64,000 bases of DNA from Eledone cirrhosa (Eukaryota). This document shows positions 39,270 to 54,393 of this stretch, in pieces. Below the pieces are notes generated by a model, which made no database searches, was not told the origin of the DNA, and worked only from the letters and a program-made list of their open reading frames with translations. The stretch is from positions 10,868 to 74,867 of the forward strand of contig CAXHJY010001068.1 of the NCBI GenBank assembly GCA_964016885.1, read 5' to 3'. Made by a program: the position numbers and the translations under genes. The number at the start of each line of letters is the position of its first letter. Position 1 is the first letter of the stretch.

Positions 39270-40585
39270 AATGTTGTTGTTACTGTTATTGTTGCAGTTA
39301 TTGCAGTTGTTTTCGTTATTGTTGGTGCAGTTATTGCTGTTGTTGTTTTCGTCGTTGTTGGTGCAGTTGTTGTTTTTGTTGTTGGTGCAGTTAATGCTGT
39401 TGTTTTCGTCGTTGTTGGTGCAGTTGTTTTTGTTGTTGGTGCAGTTAATACTGTTGTTTTCGTCGTTGTTGGTGCAGTTATTGCTGCTGTTGTTGTTCAT
39501 GTTGTTGGTGTAGTTATTGCTGTTGTTGTTTTCTTTGTTGTTGTTGGTGCAGTTATTTTTTTTTTTTCGCTATTGTTGGTGCAGTTATAGTTGTTGTTAA
39601 TGTTACAGTTTTCGTAGTTGTAGCGGTTGATATTTTTGTTGTTTTTGTTGCTGTTGTTGTTGGTGCAGTTGTTGCTGTAGCTTTTGTTGTTGTTGTAGCT
39701 TTTGTTGTTGCTGATATTATAGTTTTCATAGTTATAGCGGTTTTTTTGCTGCAGTTCTTGCTGTTGTAGTTTTCGTAGTTATAGCTGTTTTTGTTGTTGC
39801 TGTTATTGTGGCTGTTTTTGTTACTGTTGTTATTGTTATTGTTCTTGTTATTATTGTTAATGTTCTTGTTATTGCTGCTGCTGTTGTTGTTTTTGTAGTT
39901 CTTGTTCATATTGTACATTGGTGTTTTTGTTTTAAATACTTTATTCACTTCACTTCACATTCTATCTAATATATTTATTGAACATTTATTTAGCTTTTTC
40001 CTTCTTAATTGCCCATCTTCTTGTTGCTGTTACCATTCTTGTTGTTGTTGCTGTTGTTGTTGTTACCATTCTTGTTGTTGTTACTATTGCTCTTCTTCGT
40101 TTTGACTTTTGTTGTTTGTGCAGCATTTTCTGTTGTTGTTTCTCTTATTGTTGTCCATTTTTCTGGCACATGTTTCACTTCTGTTGTTGTTGTTGTTGTT
40201 GTTGTTGCACTAATTATATTTGGCGTTTAATTTCTTTAAAATGTTCCTGCGCAATTCGACATTTCTATTGGTATATGTCATAGAATTATTGTCTTTATGT
40301 TTTTGGAATTGTTTGTAATGCCAATGTGGATGATGATGTTTATGATGACGACGATGATGTTTATGATGACGACGACGATGTTTATGACGATGATGTTGTT
40401 TATGATGATGATGATGTCGATGATGTTTATGCTGACGACGATGATTATGCTGACGACGATGATGTTTATGATGATGATGATAATGATGATGATGATAATG
40501 ATGTTTATGATGATGATGATAATGATGTTTATGATGATGATGATAATGATGTTTATGATGATGATGATGTTTATAATGATGATAG
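39270..40585. repeat. (GTT)n and (GAT)n low-complexity tracts
   Basis: Direct reading. Confidence 0.85.
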
Positions 40586-41380
40586 TGAAGCTGCTGCTGA
40601 TGTGACAGTGGAAACTGATTGTTATAATCAGGAATTATGTTATCAAAGGTTATTCTTATCAAAATTAGTGGCTCCTTAAACATAGAATATTGTTATATCC
40701 GCTGCTAATATTGTCGGCCATTTATCGTTACCTAATAAAGGCGATCCTGTTATTGGTTTCCACTGTAGAAATGATGACTATGTAGGTAATGATGGTGGTG
40801 ACAAAGATGAGGATAATGTGAATGATAATCTCTTTCTCATGGAATTCTAGTGGGGCTAGGGGCCTCGTTTGCCTTAAAAATGTGAGGGGGACAAACCAAC
40901 ATTGGTTGATTTTTAAAGGAGCATAAATTGCTTATGGTGACTTTCCCGGACCCTATCACATAAGTAACATTTAACACTAATTAAATTTTATATATTCAAA
41001 TGAAGTTCAGATATTTAAAAAATAAGCTTAAAAAGAATTTATTATATCAAATAAACAAAAAATAAAGCATAGACATTTGAAAAAGTGGGGTGGGGGTCGA
41101 CTTATCCCCTGGTACCCGCTGAAACAAGGCCTTTGAGTGGGGCAATATACAAAGGTGACTTTCCGTTGCTTTCCTTCCGATCTTTGTTTAAAATACACCA
41201 CTTTTATCATCTACCTAAGCACTTAGATCATAAAATAATCTGGAAGAGACTCCACAAAACCTTATGTGCAGCACCCAAACAGTTTCGCCAATATCTACCT
41301 CATCTACCTCATGATTTAAAATGTTCTTTCCTTTTGTTCTTTCCCTTTGATTCGTTTTCGATTTCGTACTATCTCATATT

Positions 41381-41685
41381 AATTGGTAGTATCGGGAGAG
41401 GGTCGGACTCCATGCTTTGCAGCAAAGAGTTACGGCCTTTTATGGTCTGATCTTCAAATCCCGCCGAGATTTAACCTTGTCTTTCATCCTTACGGGGTCG
41501 ATAAAATAAAGTACCAGCAACGTACTGGGTAATTTGCTGGCCTTGTGCCAAAAGTAGAAACAATTAAATGGATGAAAGACAAAGATGATCTCGGCGGGAT
41601 TTGAACTCAGAGAGGAAAGATCCGGAACGACTATTTGCAGAGCATTCATTTCCGAAGTTCTAACGACTTTGCCAATTCGCCGCCT
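41381..41685. mobile_element. SINE-A (41381-41566 plus) abutting an older SINE-A-like copy (41569-41685 minus)
   Basis: B boxes on opposite strands; the older copy has head GGCGGCGAATTGGCAAAGTCGTTAGAAC like 57723. Confidence 0.8.
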
Positions 41686-42100
41686 ACATAATAGTTATAG
41701 AGATAGGCAAAGGAACAAACATATTTAGCAAAGAGAAACAAATACGAGGAGAAAAAAATACATTTAGATTCAAAACTCACCAAATCACAAAACAACTCAT
41801 CACATTTATTCCTGTAGCAAACCTTCCTTCCCCATGTATATTGATAAATAAATCGATGTATTACTATAAACATATCTACCACATGCAGTTACATGCATAT
41901 ATATACATAGAGGGATACATACATACAGTATATATATATATACATACAAACAAACATACAGTATACATATATACATATACAAACATACATACAGTATACA
42001 TATATACATACACACAGTATACATACACACAGTATACATATATATACCTACACACGCACACACATATATATACACACACACAAATAAATAAATATATATA

Positions 42101-42177
42101 CAGAGTGTCCCTCAAAATGTATACACTTATTTATTAGAATGCTGTTGAAGTGTGTAAACATTTTTTGGGACACCCTG
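42101..42177. mobile_element. 77-bp Tc1/mariner-type MITE
   Basis: TA then CAGAGTGTCCC...GGGACACCCTG TIRs; related copies at about 52075-52167, 52564-52645, 61577-61668. Confidence 0.75.
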
Positions 42178-42703
42178 TTTATGTATATATATACACTTAT
42201 ATATACATTATATATATATATATATATATACACTCACACACACACACATATATATATGTGTGTGTGTGAGTGTGTATATATATATATATATAATGTATAT
42301 ATAAGTGAATATATATATATATATATATAATGTATATATAAGTGAATTTATATATATATATATATATAATGTATATATATAAGTGAATTTATATATATAT
42401 ATATATATAATGTATATATATAAGTGAATATATATATATATATATTAGTTCATCAAATCAGATTCACAATTGCCCACAGTACCACCCATCTCCCCAAAAT
42501 TATAACATACTGATTTATATTTGTAAGCAGACATTTTTTATTTAAATATAAATTGTAGGTATGAAACATTTTATATCTCTTTATATTTTCATGTCAATTT
42601 ATGTGTGTGAGTGGATGTGTATGTGTGTGAGTGGATGTGTATGTGTGTGAGTGGATGTGTGTGTGTGTGTGAGTGGATGTGTGTGTGTGCGCGCACATGT
42701 CTG

Positions 42704-42738
<35 letters not shown>

Positions 42739-43861
42739 GCATATATACACATATATATATATCATATATACACATATATACACAGATATATATACATATA
42801 TACACATATATATACATATACACACATATATATACATATACACACATATATATACACATATACACACATATATATACACATATACACACATATATATATA
42901 CACATATATATACATATACATATATATACACATATACATACATATAAATATATATACATATACACATATACATACATATAAATATACATACACATATACA
43001 TACATATAAATACATATACATATACACACATATACATACATATAAATATACATACACACACACATACATACATATAAATATATATACATATACACACATA
43101 CATACATATAAATATATATACATATACATAGATACATACATATAAATATATATACATATACATAGATACATACATATAAATATATATACATATACATAGA
43201 TACATACATATATATATACATACATATATACACATACATACATACACACATATACATATACACATACACACACACATACCCACACACACACATATACACA
43301 TACACACACACACATATATATACACATAACTTGAACGTGTTGTATTTTTGGTGACGGTAAATGTTTTTGATTTCTTATATTTGTCTAAGAATTTTTTTCC
43401 TTTTACTCGGTTTTTTTTTGGGGGGGGGGGGGGGGGACTTCATTTTATTTTATCTTCCATCTTTATTTTTATCTTCCTTTCATTGAGAGGAGGGACCAAG
43501 TTAGTTATGAATTTCTTCTGATGTATTTTGTGTTATATATTGTATTTTTAATACTTTTCTTATTATTTTATTTTTATTATTATTAGTAATAGTAGTAACT
43601 TTACTGTTTTTGTTGTTATTGCTAATATTTTTATTAATGTCAATATTCATTATATTATAATTTTACTTCATGTTGTTGTTCTTCTTCTTATTTTAAAATG
43701 ATATCTATTAAAAAATACACCATCATCATTTCTAATGTTCTCCCCTTTGTCTTCATTATCATCACCAGCAGCAATGTCAGCATCACAATACTCAGAATCA
43801 AAACATTTGTGACAGTAACAACAATTTTGAGGACACTAAGCCAAATAAATTACTGTATAAT

Positions 43862-44052
43862 AATTATTTCTACTTTTTGGCACAAGGCCAGCAATTATCC
43901 CAGTGCATTACTGGTACTTTATTTTATCGACCCTGTAAGGATGAAAGGCAAAGCTAACCTCAGTGGGATTTGAACTCAGAACGTAAAGGGACGTAAGTAA
44001 CTATATGCCACAAAGCTTTCGAACGATCAACCAATACTGCCAATCCACTGCC
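43862..44052 (-). mobile_element. SINE-A
   Basis: Reverse-complement match to SINE-A. Confidence 0.85.
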
Positions 44053-44271
44053 CTAAGCAGATCTATAATGAAAGGTGCTGCAGCTGTAGATCTTCCGCTA
44101 ATTTTATATACATATATTGTTAAGGGAATGGTTCGTTATTTAAGGGAGTAGGTTATCAGTCTAAATTAATACTTACAGATGAAGCTCTTACTGTGTAGTA
44201 TCTAAACTTGGAGACAACATGAAGAACGTTGAGCTTCCTTCTCTGGCTATGCCATAGAAAAGTTTACTTAA

Positions 44272-44474
44272 CCCTTTAGCAATTAAACCGGCCGTGTACG
44301 GCCAGACTTCTCACCCATTTCTGTTCAAACTGGCCGAAACTGGCCATTTATACTGATGCTAAGGTATTGTTCTCAAATAAATAATATCAAAATCTCAGAT
44401 TCGATATTATGTAAGATAAAAGCTTTACTGTGAAACTACAATAGTATATATAGAGTACTGTAAATACGAAAGGG
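44272..44474. mobile_element. piggyBac-like MITE
   Basis: TTAA-CCCTTTAGCAATTAA ... GTAAATACGAAAGGG-TTAA: TTAA on both sides and CCC/GGG termini. Confidence 0.75.
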
Positions 44475-44539
44475 TTAACGTGAGAATTTTATTACTTCAC
44501 TTTATTGACTAGATAATTATCGTAACTAGAAATATAATT

Positions 44540-44721
44540 GTTTCTACTTTTTTGGCACAAGGCCAGCAATTAACCAGTACATTACTGGTACTTTATTTTA
44601 TCGACCCCGTAAAGATGAAAGGCAAAGTGAACCTCGGCGGGATTTGAACTGAGACCGCAAAGGGACGTAACTATGCGGGAAAGCATGGCGTCCGACTCTC
44701 TACCGATACTGTCAATCCACC
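44540..44721 (-). mobile_element. SINE-A, 16-bp TSD
   Basis: AACTAGAAATATAATT at 44524-44539 and 44722-44737. Confidence 0.9.
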
Positions 44722-44804
44722 AACTAGAAATATAATTTTTGTCAACATTCGGTAGTCACCAGCCCTACATAGATGTGAACTCATACACTCACACATACAT
44801 ACTC

Positions 44805-44998
44805 CGCTCCCCCTGGACAGGACGACAGTCCATCACAGGGTTAAACCGTTCAGCTATTGCTGTTACTAATTTTCAGCTAAGTGTACTGGAGCAACGTGTA
44901 AAGAAGTGTTTTGAACACGCAACCCAGTGCTGGAATCGAACCCACGACATTATGATCGTAAGTCCAACACGCCCACCACTAGGCCACACGCCTCCTCC
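44805..44998 (-). mobile_element. SINE-C 5' part
   Basis: Homologous to 56450-56649. Confidence 0.8.
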
Positions 44999-45139
44999 TA
45001 CCTCGTCGTCGTCTTGTTTTCCATCAATTAACACAACTTTTACCTCCGCCATTAGATATATCTTTTTATATTACATGTTAGTTACTCCCCCTTTCTGTTT
45101 CCTCCCCCTCCTACTTCACTTTCTCTCTCTCTTACAGTT

Positions 45140-45149
45140 TATATATGTA

Positions 45150-45186
<37 letters not shown>

Positions 45187-45299
45187 ATGGATATATATAT
45201 ATATATGTTTGAATATATATATATGTATGAATATATAATATATATATATATATATATATGTTTGTATGGATGTATATATATATATATATGTATGTATAA

Positions 45300-45333
<34 letters not shown>

Positions 45334-45364
45334 TCATATATGTTTGTGTGGATATATATTTTTG

Positions 45365-45407
<43 letters not shown>

Positions 45408-45513
45408 ATATATATATATATATATATCTTTGTATGAATATATATGTTTGTATGGATATATATATATATATATGTTTGTATGGATATATATATATATATG
45501 TATATATATATGT

Positions 45514-45548
<35 letters not shown>

Positions 45549-45629
45549 GTTTGAATATATATATATGTTTGTATGGATATATATATATATATATATATGT
45601 ATGTATATATATATATATGTATGTATATA

Positions 45630-45683
<54 letters not shown>

Positions 45684-45822
45684 AATATATATATATGTAT
45701 GAATATATATATATATGTATGTATATATATATATATATATGTTTGTATGGATGTATATATATATATGTTTGTATGGATGTATATATATATATGTTTGTAT
45801 GTATATATATGTTTGTACGCAA

Positions 45823-45907
<85 letters not shown>
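45140..45907. repeat. (TA)n array with TTTGTATGGA interruptions
   Basis: Direct reading. Confidence 0.9.
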
Positions 45908-45911
<4 letters not shown>

Positions 45912-46716
45912 TTTATTCGTTAAATGATGCGAAAATTGAAATTTAAACAATTTTTAAGGGGCGGGGGTGGGGGGATGTCTCCCGCCCTTTTCTTTAATCT
46001 TAATTTTCTTCTCTTTACTTTAATTCATATTACTGTCACTATGACTACCATGTTTCATGTTGTATAGAGTAGTAGTAGTAGTAGTAGTAGTAGTAATAGT
46101 AGTCGTAATGGTGGTAGTAATGGCGGTTGAAGTGGTGTTGCTTATGATGGTGATGGTGCTGGTAGTAATGGTGTTGACGGTGATGGTGGTGGTAGTGGTG
46201 TTGCTTAGGATGGTGATGGTGGTGGTGTTGCTTAGGATGGTGATGGTGGTGGTGTTGGTGGTGTTATGGTAGTGATGATGGTGGTGATGTGTGGGTGTTG
46301 GTGGTGATGATGATGCTAGTGGTGCTGTTGGTGTTGATGGTGGTGGTGGTGGTGATGTTGGTGGTGATGTTGGTAGTGATGTTGGTGATGGTGATGGTGT
46401 TAGTAGTGTTATGGTAGTGGTGATAGTGGTGATGTGTTGGTGTTGGTGGTGATGCTAGTGGTGCTGTTGGTGATGGTGGTGGTGGTGATGTTGAGGGTGA
46501 TGGTGGTGATGTTGAGGGTGATGGTGGTGATGTTGGTAGTGATGATGTTGGTGGTGTTACGGTGGTGATGGGCTTCTTACTTGTTAATAACCGTTATGAC
46601 GTGCTTTCATCCTAAAACAATTCCAAATGCTTTCTTATATCACTAAAAAGTTATATTTCACAAAATTAAATAATATAATAATAACAATAATTATAATTCG
46701 TTCAAAACTCACGTGT

Positions 46717-46766
<50 letters not shown>

Positions 46767-47043
46767 ATGTGTGTGTGTACACGCAAAACATAGTTGAATT
46801 AAATAGAAAAATATAAATAGAAAATTAAATATTATAAATGAAAATAAATCTAAAGAAACTTTTTTTTCCTTTGAATATTTTACATTATACTTTTCGAAAA
46901 ACTTACTTTTAACACCCAGCTCCCCGGCATTAATTTCTTGTAAAGATAAAGAGAGTAATAAGGATGTGTGGGGCCGGTGGTAGTGGTGGTGGTGGTACGG
47001 GTTAGATGAGAGAAGAAAGATGAAAAGAGAGCGTGAGAGAGAA

Positions 47044-47078
<35 letters not shown>

Positions 47079-47118
47079 TGAGATAGAGATATATTTAAGA
47101 AACTAGACGAGGTATGGT

Positions 47119-47178
<60 letters not shown>

Positions 47179-47749
47179 AGATATATTTAAGAAACTAGAC
47201 GAGGTTTGGTAAAAGGAAAGGAGATGAGACAGAAAAAGAGAAAAGAGAGAACAAGAAAGAAAATGAAAGAAGATAGAAGATCTGAGAGATAATTGCTGGG
47301 GCTTTTGTCTTATAATTTTTCTTAACATAGTCCCATCTTCATTAACGATGTAAAACTTATTATTTTATTCAACTTTCTAGAGAATTCTAACACTTTTTTT
47401 TTTATTATTTTGATTTCCAGTTTTCTTTGGTTTCTGCTATTTTATATATTTATTTTTTTATTTTATTTTAAGCTGTATTTATTTTATTTTATTTCAAATT
47501 CATCTAAAGTCGTTAAAAGTGCTCCAGCAAGATATTTGCTTTACACTGATTTATAGTTATGGTATTAAAAATATAGGTGTTGGTGTACATGAGATGATGA
47601 AGTATAGTGATGTATCTATGTAGGCGGTAGGAAATCTGAGAGGTGAGTGAGTGGAAGACTAGGGACAATCTGTTTTTTAAGGCCATTCTTAGTTATTTCA
47701 CTTTCGCAGTTAGTTTAGTTGGGAAAGGCATGGTTAAATACAACATTTC

Positions 47750-47779
<30 letters not shown>

Positions 47780-47786
<7 letters not shown>

Positions 47787-47975
47787 AACAGAGACACACA
47801 CAAACACAGGGCCACACACACAGAGGAACAGATTCACACAGACACAGGGCCACACACACAGAGGAACAGATTCACACACAAACACAGGGCCACACACACA
47901 GAGGAACAGATTCACACAGACACAGGGCCACACAGACACACACACAGGAACAGATTCACACAGACACACACACAG
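47780..47975. repeat. about 40-bp minisatellite derived from (CA)n
   Basis: Unit like CACACACAGAGGAACAGATTCACACAGACACAGGGC, about five copies. Confidence 0.85.
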
Positions 47976-48359
47976 TGTCGTGTTTATTTCAGCATAACTT
48001 CAATGGAACAAATTTTCTAAATGTGGTCATTGCTAAAAGAGTTATATGTGTGTATGTGTGTGTGTGTTTTAATAAAGGGTTCCGCATGGCTAAAATCATA
48101 CACAATTTAATAAAAATATGGCCGAAGATAACAGAAAAACATACGAAACAGATTGTTTGTCTTTTTTAGACTTCACGTCCAAAAAAGACAAAACGAGGAG
48201 AGAGAGAGAGAGAGAGAGTGAGAAAGAGTGAGAGAGAGAGAAAGAAAAGAAAAGAGAAAGAGAGTAAGTGAGAAAAGAAAACGGTAGGTGGTGTAAAATA
48301 AAACAGTTTAAAAAAGGTGACCCGCGGGGCTAAAATCATACAAAATGAAGAAAATATAT

Positions 48360-48480
48360 GTTTCCTCAGGCGGGCTGCTCTCTTTCCGATTTTCCGGAGG
48401 AAATCGACAGTGTGGGACCAAGGACACCAGAGGTCTCGACGGTGACCGGTAGGGAACAAGTACATTCTCCAAGAAAGCAT
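48360..48480 (-). mobile_element. CRE-clade endonuclease-region fragment
   Basis: With one frameshift encodes LPVTVETSGVLGP..VDFLRKIGKRAARLRK. Confidence 0.7.
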
Positions 48481-48741
48481 CGTTCACATTGCAACCCTTC
48501 GAAACCGTTCATCAGCACTTGAACTAACTACGAACAATGTCATTTCTTTGTTAAGAAGAGTGTAATCTATAGGAGATTTAGCTGCTATTTCTGTTAATCT
48601 AAGTAACCTGGTAGAGGTTGATAAAATTAGGTACCGCAGTACGTTCCGGGCGTGTATCTTCCACTACTAACTTACCCTCCGGTTAGGCATGGCTTATAAA
48701 AGCACTTTAGACAGTACTATAAGTTACAGAAAGGGTTAAAT

Positions 48742-48985
48742 AATCATATTGAGGGCCTCCCCACAACCCCGGCGGACAGAATGGAGAAGTTGTTTCTCCG
48801 GACGATGGTAAGGGAGATGCGATGGAAGAGCAATTCCAACTCGCGAGGCTCACACCTGCGGCTGGCCAGCTCAGCGCCTATGGTGGTGAGCAGGGAGGTA
48901 GCCCTAGGGCCGGGCCGAGGACGCCAGAAGTCTCCACTGCCAGGGGTACGACCGCAAACCTGTCGGAGAGCGACTATCGTGTCAT
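48742..48985 (-). mobile_element. CRE-clade non-LTR retrotransposon 3' end
   Basis: With one frameshift encodes DRFAVVPLAVETSGVLGP..RATSLLTTIGAELASRRCEPRELELLFHRISLTIVRRNNFSILSAG, the ETxG...QRxSxAxxRGNA pattern of restriction-like endonuclease C-termini. Confidence 0.75.
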
Positions 48986-49757
48986 TAATTTAGTAGGCTG
49001 TGTCTTACAAAGAATAGTTGGCTTTGCGCCTGGGCAAAAGAAATCCTCATTATGTTTTAGCTGAATCCTTTGACCCCCACCCGGCATCAGCGGGATGAAA
49101 TGTACGGAAGACCTATGTAGTTACAATCACTTCACATCACTTCACATCACTAGTGGACGTACTGACCAGAGGCCAGTGAATAAAAACAGCTCCGCCCACA
49201 TTGGTTTCGGCGTGGTTAATAATCTATACAAAATGTCGAAGATAGATTGAGAGTTTCTTTTTCTATTAACCTTTGACCAAAGGTATGTGAGAGATTACCA
49301 GAAATAACACGGACAAAGACAAGAAAAAAAAGCTACGACAGGAGGAAGACAAAGTTGTTACTTGTATTGTTGTTGGTGGTGTTTAGCAGCAGGTCAGCTC
49401 TGTTCGAGTAGCCCTATGGTCAAACAGGCTTCACCCTTGATCATATTTTTAGGCAGAGTGTATATACATTAAGGTCTTTATTGATTATAGATAGCAGCGA
49501 CTGTTTCACAGATGGGTGGTTCAAGATCTATATTAATGCTATAGAACCGACTCCAGCTCGATCTGCTCTTCAGACTTGTTAAACAAACAAAACCAAAATC
49601 TCATTTATAGATGGCTTTGTGCTGGAAGAAGGCAGTTATAATAAAGAGTCCATTACTAGAATAGAAGTCTAATAAGGCCTCGCCTTAGATTGGGATCGAC
49701 GATTCTTCCAAACGCCTTTCAATTTAAGTATTTCTGCTGTAAACAAACATTGCTGTA

Positions 49758-49789
<32 letters not shown>

Positions 49790-49956
49790 ATTAATAAATG
49801 TAAAATATCTTTATAATACCATATTTATTTTATCTATGTAAATATATTTTCCATTTATTAATATTAATAATGCTCCAGATAAATGCTGTAGAGTGCTTCA
49901 AATCTGTTATAAAATTAACTTTGTTGAATGATAATCAACAAACCATATAACTCATT

Positions 49957-49997
<41 letters not shown>

Positions 49998-49998
<1 letters not shown>

Positions 49999-50312
49999 TA
50001 TATTTATAAAACCATATTTATTTCATTATACATATTTCAAGGGCCACCAAGGCAAATTATGGTTGCATTTTTTCAGGGTATGTCAATATTTATTTATAAA
50101 ACTAACCTATATTATATTTTATCTGATGAAAGCGCACCATAATTTGCCTTGGGGGCCCTTGAAATATGTATAATGAAATAAATATGGTTTTATAAATATA
50201 GTTTCCATTTGTTAATATATTGTATATTTACTCCAATAATTTGTTGAGTGCTTTATATCAGTTATAAAAATATTTTGCTTGTTGTATCCCAACAAATTAA
50301 ATATAACCTCTA
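49998..50312. mobile_element. P4 fold-back element in (TA)n
   Basis: 49998-50070 is an inverted copy of about 50130-50202; a related P4 tail lies at 49780-49960. Confidence 0.8.
50115..50180 (+). ncRNA. type I hammerhead ribozyme (P4)
   Basis: TATTTTAT-CTGATGA-AAG...CTT-GAAA-TATGTAT-A-ATGAAATA. Confidence 0.7.
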
Positions 50313-50366
50313 CATATATATATATATATATACAAGAAAACCCACAAACCTTCCATCTTAATTCTA

Positions 50367-50401
50367 CTTTTGAATAGCATAAAACTGCGAAACCGGTAAA
50401 G
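50367..50401 (+). ncRNA. variant or degenerate minimal hammerhead
   Basis: CTT-TTGAATA-GCA(TAAAAC)TGC-GAAAC-CG-GTA-AAG; stems intact but core non-canonical; between (TA)n tracts. Confidence 0.4.
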
Positions 50402-50453
50402 GAAACAAATAAATATTCTTAAAAAGACTCCAGTTGCATTTTCGATTTCTTTT

Positions 50454-50508
<55 letters not shown>

Positions 50509-51202
50509 AATTTACAGACGTTCGTGTCTCTCTCTCTCGTTCTCCTTCGCTTTCCCTCACTCTCTTTTTATAGTTGAAAAAAAATCAGCTGTGGCCAGGC
50601 TTAGAGAGCACCATTACATTATAATATGCTTAAGGCATGCCGTATTACACGAAGATACCACAACGATTCCATGAGGAGTTGAAGCCTCGAGAAAAGAAAG
50701 GAGAAGGTGGATGGAAGTTAGCAAAATTTGAGAAGGCGAGGGAAAGGATATCGGGACATATTCGTCTCCAGTACTTGACTTATACATTATTTCATCGACC
50801 CCGCGAGGTTAATCGGTAAATCTGGGATTTAAACAGAGAAATAAAGGAAAACAAAATGTTTTGTTTGTACTTTCAGCGGTCCTGCTAACCTAATCCTGCT
50901 AAACTACCTCAATTTCTTGTCACTACTATATGGCTGAAACCTTTCAAACACAGAGACTATTTCAGCAAAGCATATAAACTAGCAAAAAAGATTAGGGATA
51001 AGGTGATATATTTCCTGTTAGAAAATGGATGTTAGACTCCTCTCAAGTTCCTAATAAACAAATAATAAACATGAGTGCTTGTAAGAAAATACTTTCACGA
51101 GAAGAAAGAAAAATCTACACCGTTCAGATAAGTAGATAACATATACAGGTAGTATACACTAACACACACACACACACACACATATATATATGTGTGTGCG
51201 TG

Positions 51203-51256
<54 letters not shown>

Positions 51257-51872
51257 CTGCAGTACTTCGAATAATTGCGAGATTTCGAGTGTAAATGTTA
51301 GCCGAAACTCCTAGTTTCTCCAATGAAGCAAAGGTTTGTATTATATATTTTATGCCGGGTGTCCAAGTCACACCTGATTCATAAGGGGATTTGTTTTCAG
51401 GTTTAGAATGTCGAATTATACGCTTCAGTTTCAAGGGGTAGACAAGTGTATACACTTCATATATCACCGTGTGTGTACGTATATATTTATGTGTATAAAT
51501 ACACATTATTATGTATGTATGTGTCAATTGAACAGGTGTTTGTGCCTGAGGCTAAAATCTGACCCCTTGTGGGAGAAACGAACACAGGGGAAGAATAGTC
51601 TACATACACTTTTAAAAAAAGGGTGCAATAATGAAAATAAAGAAAATACAAGTCTATAGTTCAATGTTGTGAAATTATCCAATAGGATATCATACGTGTG
51701 TAATGACGAGGAATATATTTGGCAAGTAATATAAGATATAGAAACAATAATAAAATATAACAAAAATATATAATTTTCAACAACAACAAACTAATATAAT
51801 AAACTATATATGTGTGTGTGTGTGTGTGTGTGTAGATTCCCCGAGTTGTGTCGGAAGGGGTGCGGGCGTAAC

Positions 51873-51904
<32 letters not shown>

Positions 51905-52683
51905 CACAGACACATAAATACACGTACACACACATACATGCATACACACACTTACTTGTATACACACTCACATACACACACACACACATACTTGTATACA
52001 CACTCACATACACACACATATGTATGTATGTATGTATGTATATATATATATATATATATACACATGTGTGTGTGTGTGTTCCCCAAAAGATATATATACA
52101 CTTAGATTACCTGTGCAGGCAATATTTATTAGAACGCTGTTGAGGTGTGTATACATTTTTTGGGACATATATATATATATATATATATAGGGAGAGAGAA
52201 AGATGTGTGTGTTTGTATGTATATGTATGTGTGCGCCTGTGTATTCTTTCAACTAGTATTGTGCTGTACGAAATCCTCTTATCAAATCTTTGTCGGCACT
52301 TCACATCAGGTAACGCAGGTAAGGCTGGACCCAATGAATGCGTTCAGCCGTTATCACCACAATCATACGCGCGTATGCACACACAAAAACACACACTCAC
52401 GTATGTATGTATGTATGTATGTGTGTGTGTGTGTAAGTACGTACATACATATATATGTATGTATGCATGCATGTATATTGCCAATATTGGTATGAGTGTG
52501 CTTATATATATAATATGTATATGTGTGTATGTGTGTGTGCGTAAGCATGAAGGTATGTATATACAGGGTGTCCCCCAAAAATGTATGCACACTTTGATTA
52601 GAATGCTGTTAAGTGTATACAATTTTGAGGGGCGACGACACCCTCTATGTATGTATCTAACTACCCCTGTCTCTCTTTTTTTT

Positions 52684-52730
<47 letters not shown>

Positions 52731-52816
52731 CTGAGTAAACCGAGGTTTTAAAATTAATAGTGGGTTCCTCCACTATAATTACCCCCCCCCCCCCCCCCCC
52801 ACACACACACACATAT

Positions 52817-52857
<41 letters not shown>

Positions 52858-53323
52858 ACAAGTATGTTTTGAAACAGCGAGCGAGTTTGAAATTAGAAAT
52901 AGATGATTTCGCCGTATTTTTTACCAAAGTAGATTTAGCCTGATGGTGGCGTTTAGAACATTCTAAGAAATGTATATATTGTTTGTTTATTTATACGGTG
53001 CTACGCGTAAGGAAAAGTACGCCTTTGAGACAGGTATTATTAAGACGGGAATAAAGTACCAGTAATACACTGGTTAATTGCTGGCCTTGTGCCAAAAGTA
53101 GAAACAATTATTAAGGTGACAAACTTACCAGAGTCCTAGGCCAGAAAAGTTTCATTTGGTTTATCATTATTAAATATAAAGTCAATATTATGTGTCCAAT
53201 ATGGTTTCTCATTCTTTGAAAAATAACAAGCAACAGGCGGGAAATGTGAATGTTAATACGTCACATAAAGACATGCGCAAAAGTAACACAAACACAAACA
53301 CGATACCTAAGACAAATGTAAGA

Positions 53324-53686
53324 ATAATGTTTTTTTTATTTGGGCACAAGTCCAACAATTTTGGGAGAGGGGAAAGTCGATTGAATCGATCACAGTACAT
53401 TACTGGTACTTTATTTTCACGATCTCCATAAAGAGGGATCGCAAAGCTAACCTCGGCGAGATTTGAACACAGGAAGTTAAGGGACTTAACTCTAATAATG
53501 GTTTATGATTTAGACATCAGATCAACAATTTTGGTGAGAGGGGAAACTCAAGTAAATCCACTCCAGTGCATTACTGGTACTTTATTTTATTGACCTCTGT
53601 AAAGAGGGAACACAAAGCTAACCTCGGCGATATTTGAACGTAAAGCATATTGTTCGATGCTCTACCGACACTGTCAATTTACTGCT
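53324..53686 (-). mobile_element. two older SINE-A-like copies in tandem
   Basis: Each has TTACTGGTACTTTATTTT..CAAAGCTAACCTCGGCGA.ATTTGAAC. Confidence 0.75.
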
Positions 53687-53702
53687 TTTAATAAATGCAA
53701 GA

Positions 53703-54042
53703 ATAATTGTTTCTACTTTAGGCACAAGGCCAGCAATAACCCCAGTGCATTAATGGGACTTTATTTTATCGATCCCTAAGGATAAAAGACAATGTTAACC
53801 TCGACGGGATTTGAACTCAGACGGTAAAGGGCCATAACTCATGCTGCAAAGCGTGGCACCAAACCCTCTACCGATACTGCCAACACCACCAAAACAATAG
53901 CACCGAATCTATTTTGGGATCCCACAAGATCTCACCACAACAACATCAACGTCTCACCACAGCATCATCTACAACGAAATCTCACCACAACTAAAGATAT
54001 GTAATAAGAATAGAATGTCTAACCCAACAAAAGACAATTATG
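53703..54042 (-). mobile_element. SINE-A variant with 5' extension
   Basis: Homologous across SINE and extension to 23622-23961. Confidence 0.8.
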
Positions 54043-54131
54043 ATATACACCAGAATGATCTCGAATAAAAACTTCCTAGCAGATTGTAAATATAGAGTAA
54101 AAATCGAATGTGCGTACCACATTCTATACAC

Positions 54132-54393
54132 CAGAGGTGTGCAACATATTCCATTGGCGGGTCACTTTTGAACATTGGAACAACTATTTCAAAGATTCAA
54201 TGGGAAATTATAAAACACATAACCCTATCAGTGAAGCCCTTTAGTATAGGTCAACTAACAGAAAATTGTATTAGTTACGAAAAAAATTCTAAATAAGTCT
54301 ACAAGGTAAAAATTAAAAACGCTCATCGCGGGCCACTCTGACTGGTCTAGCGGGCTGGATTGTGGCCCGTGGGTCGCCTGTTCCACGCCCCTG
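54132..54393. mobile_element. non-autonomous hAT element, 8-bp TSD
   Basis: CTATACAC at 54124-54131 and 54394-54401; TIRs CAGAGGTGTGCAAC / GTTCCACGCCCCTG; GCGGGCC subterminal motifs. Confidence 0.85.
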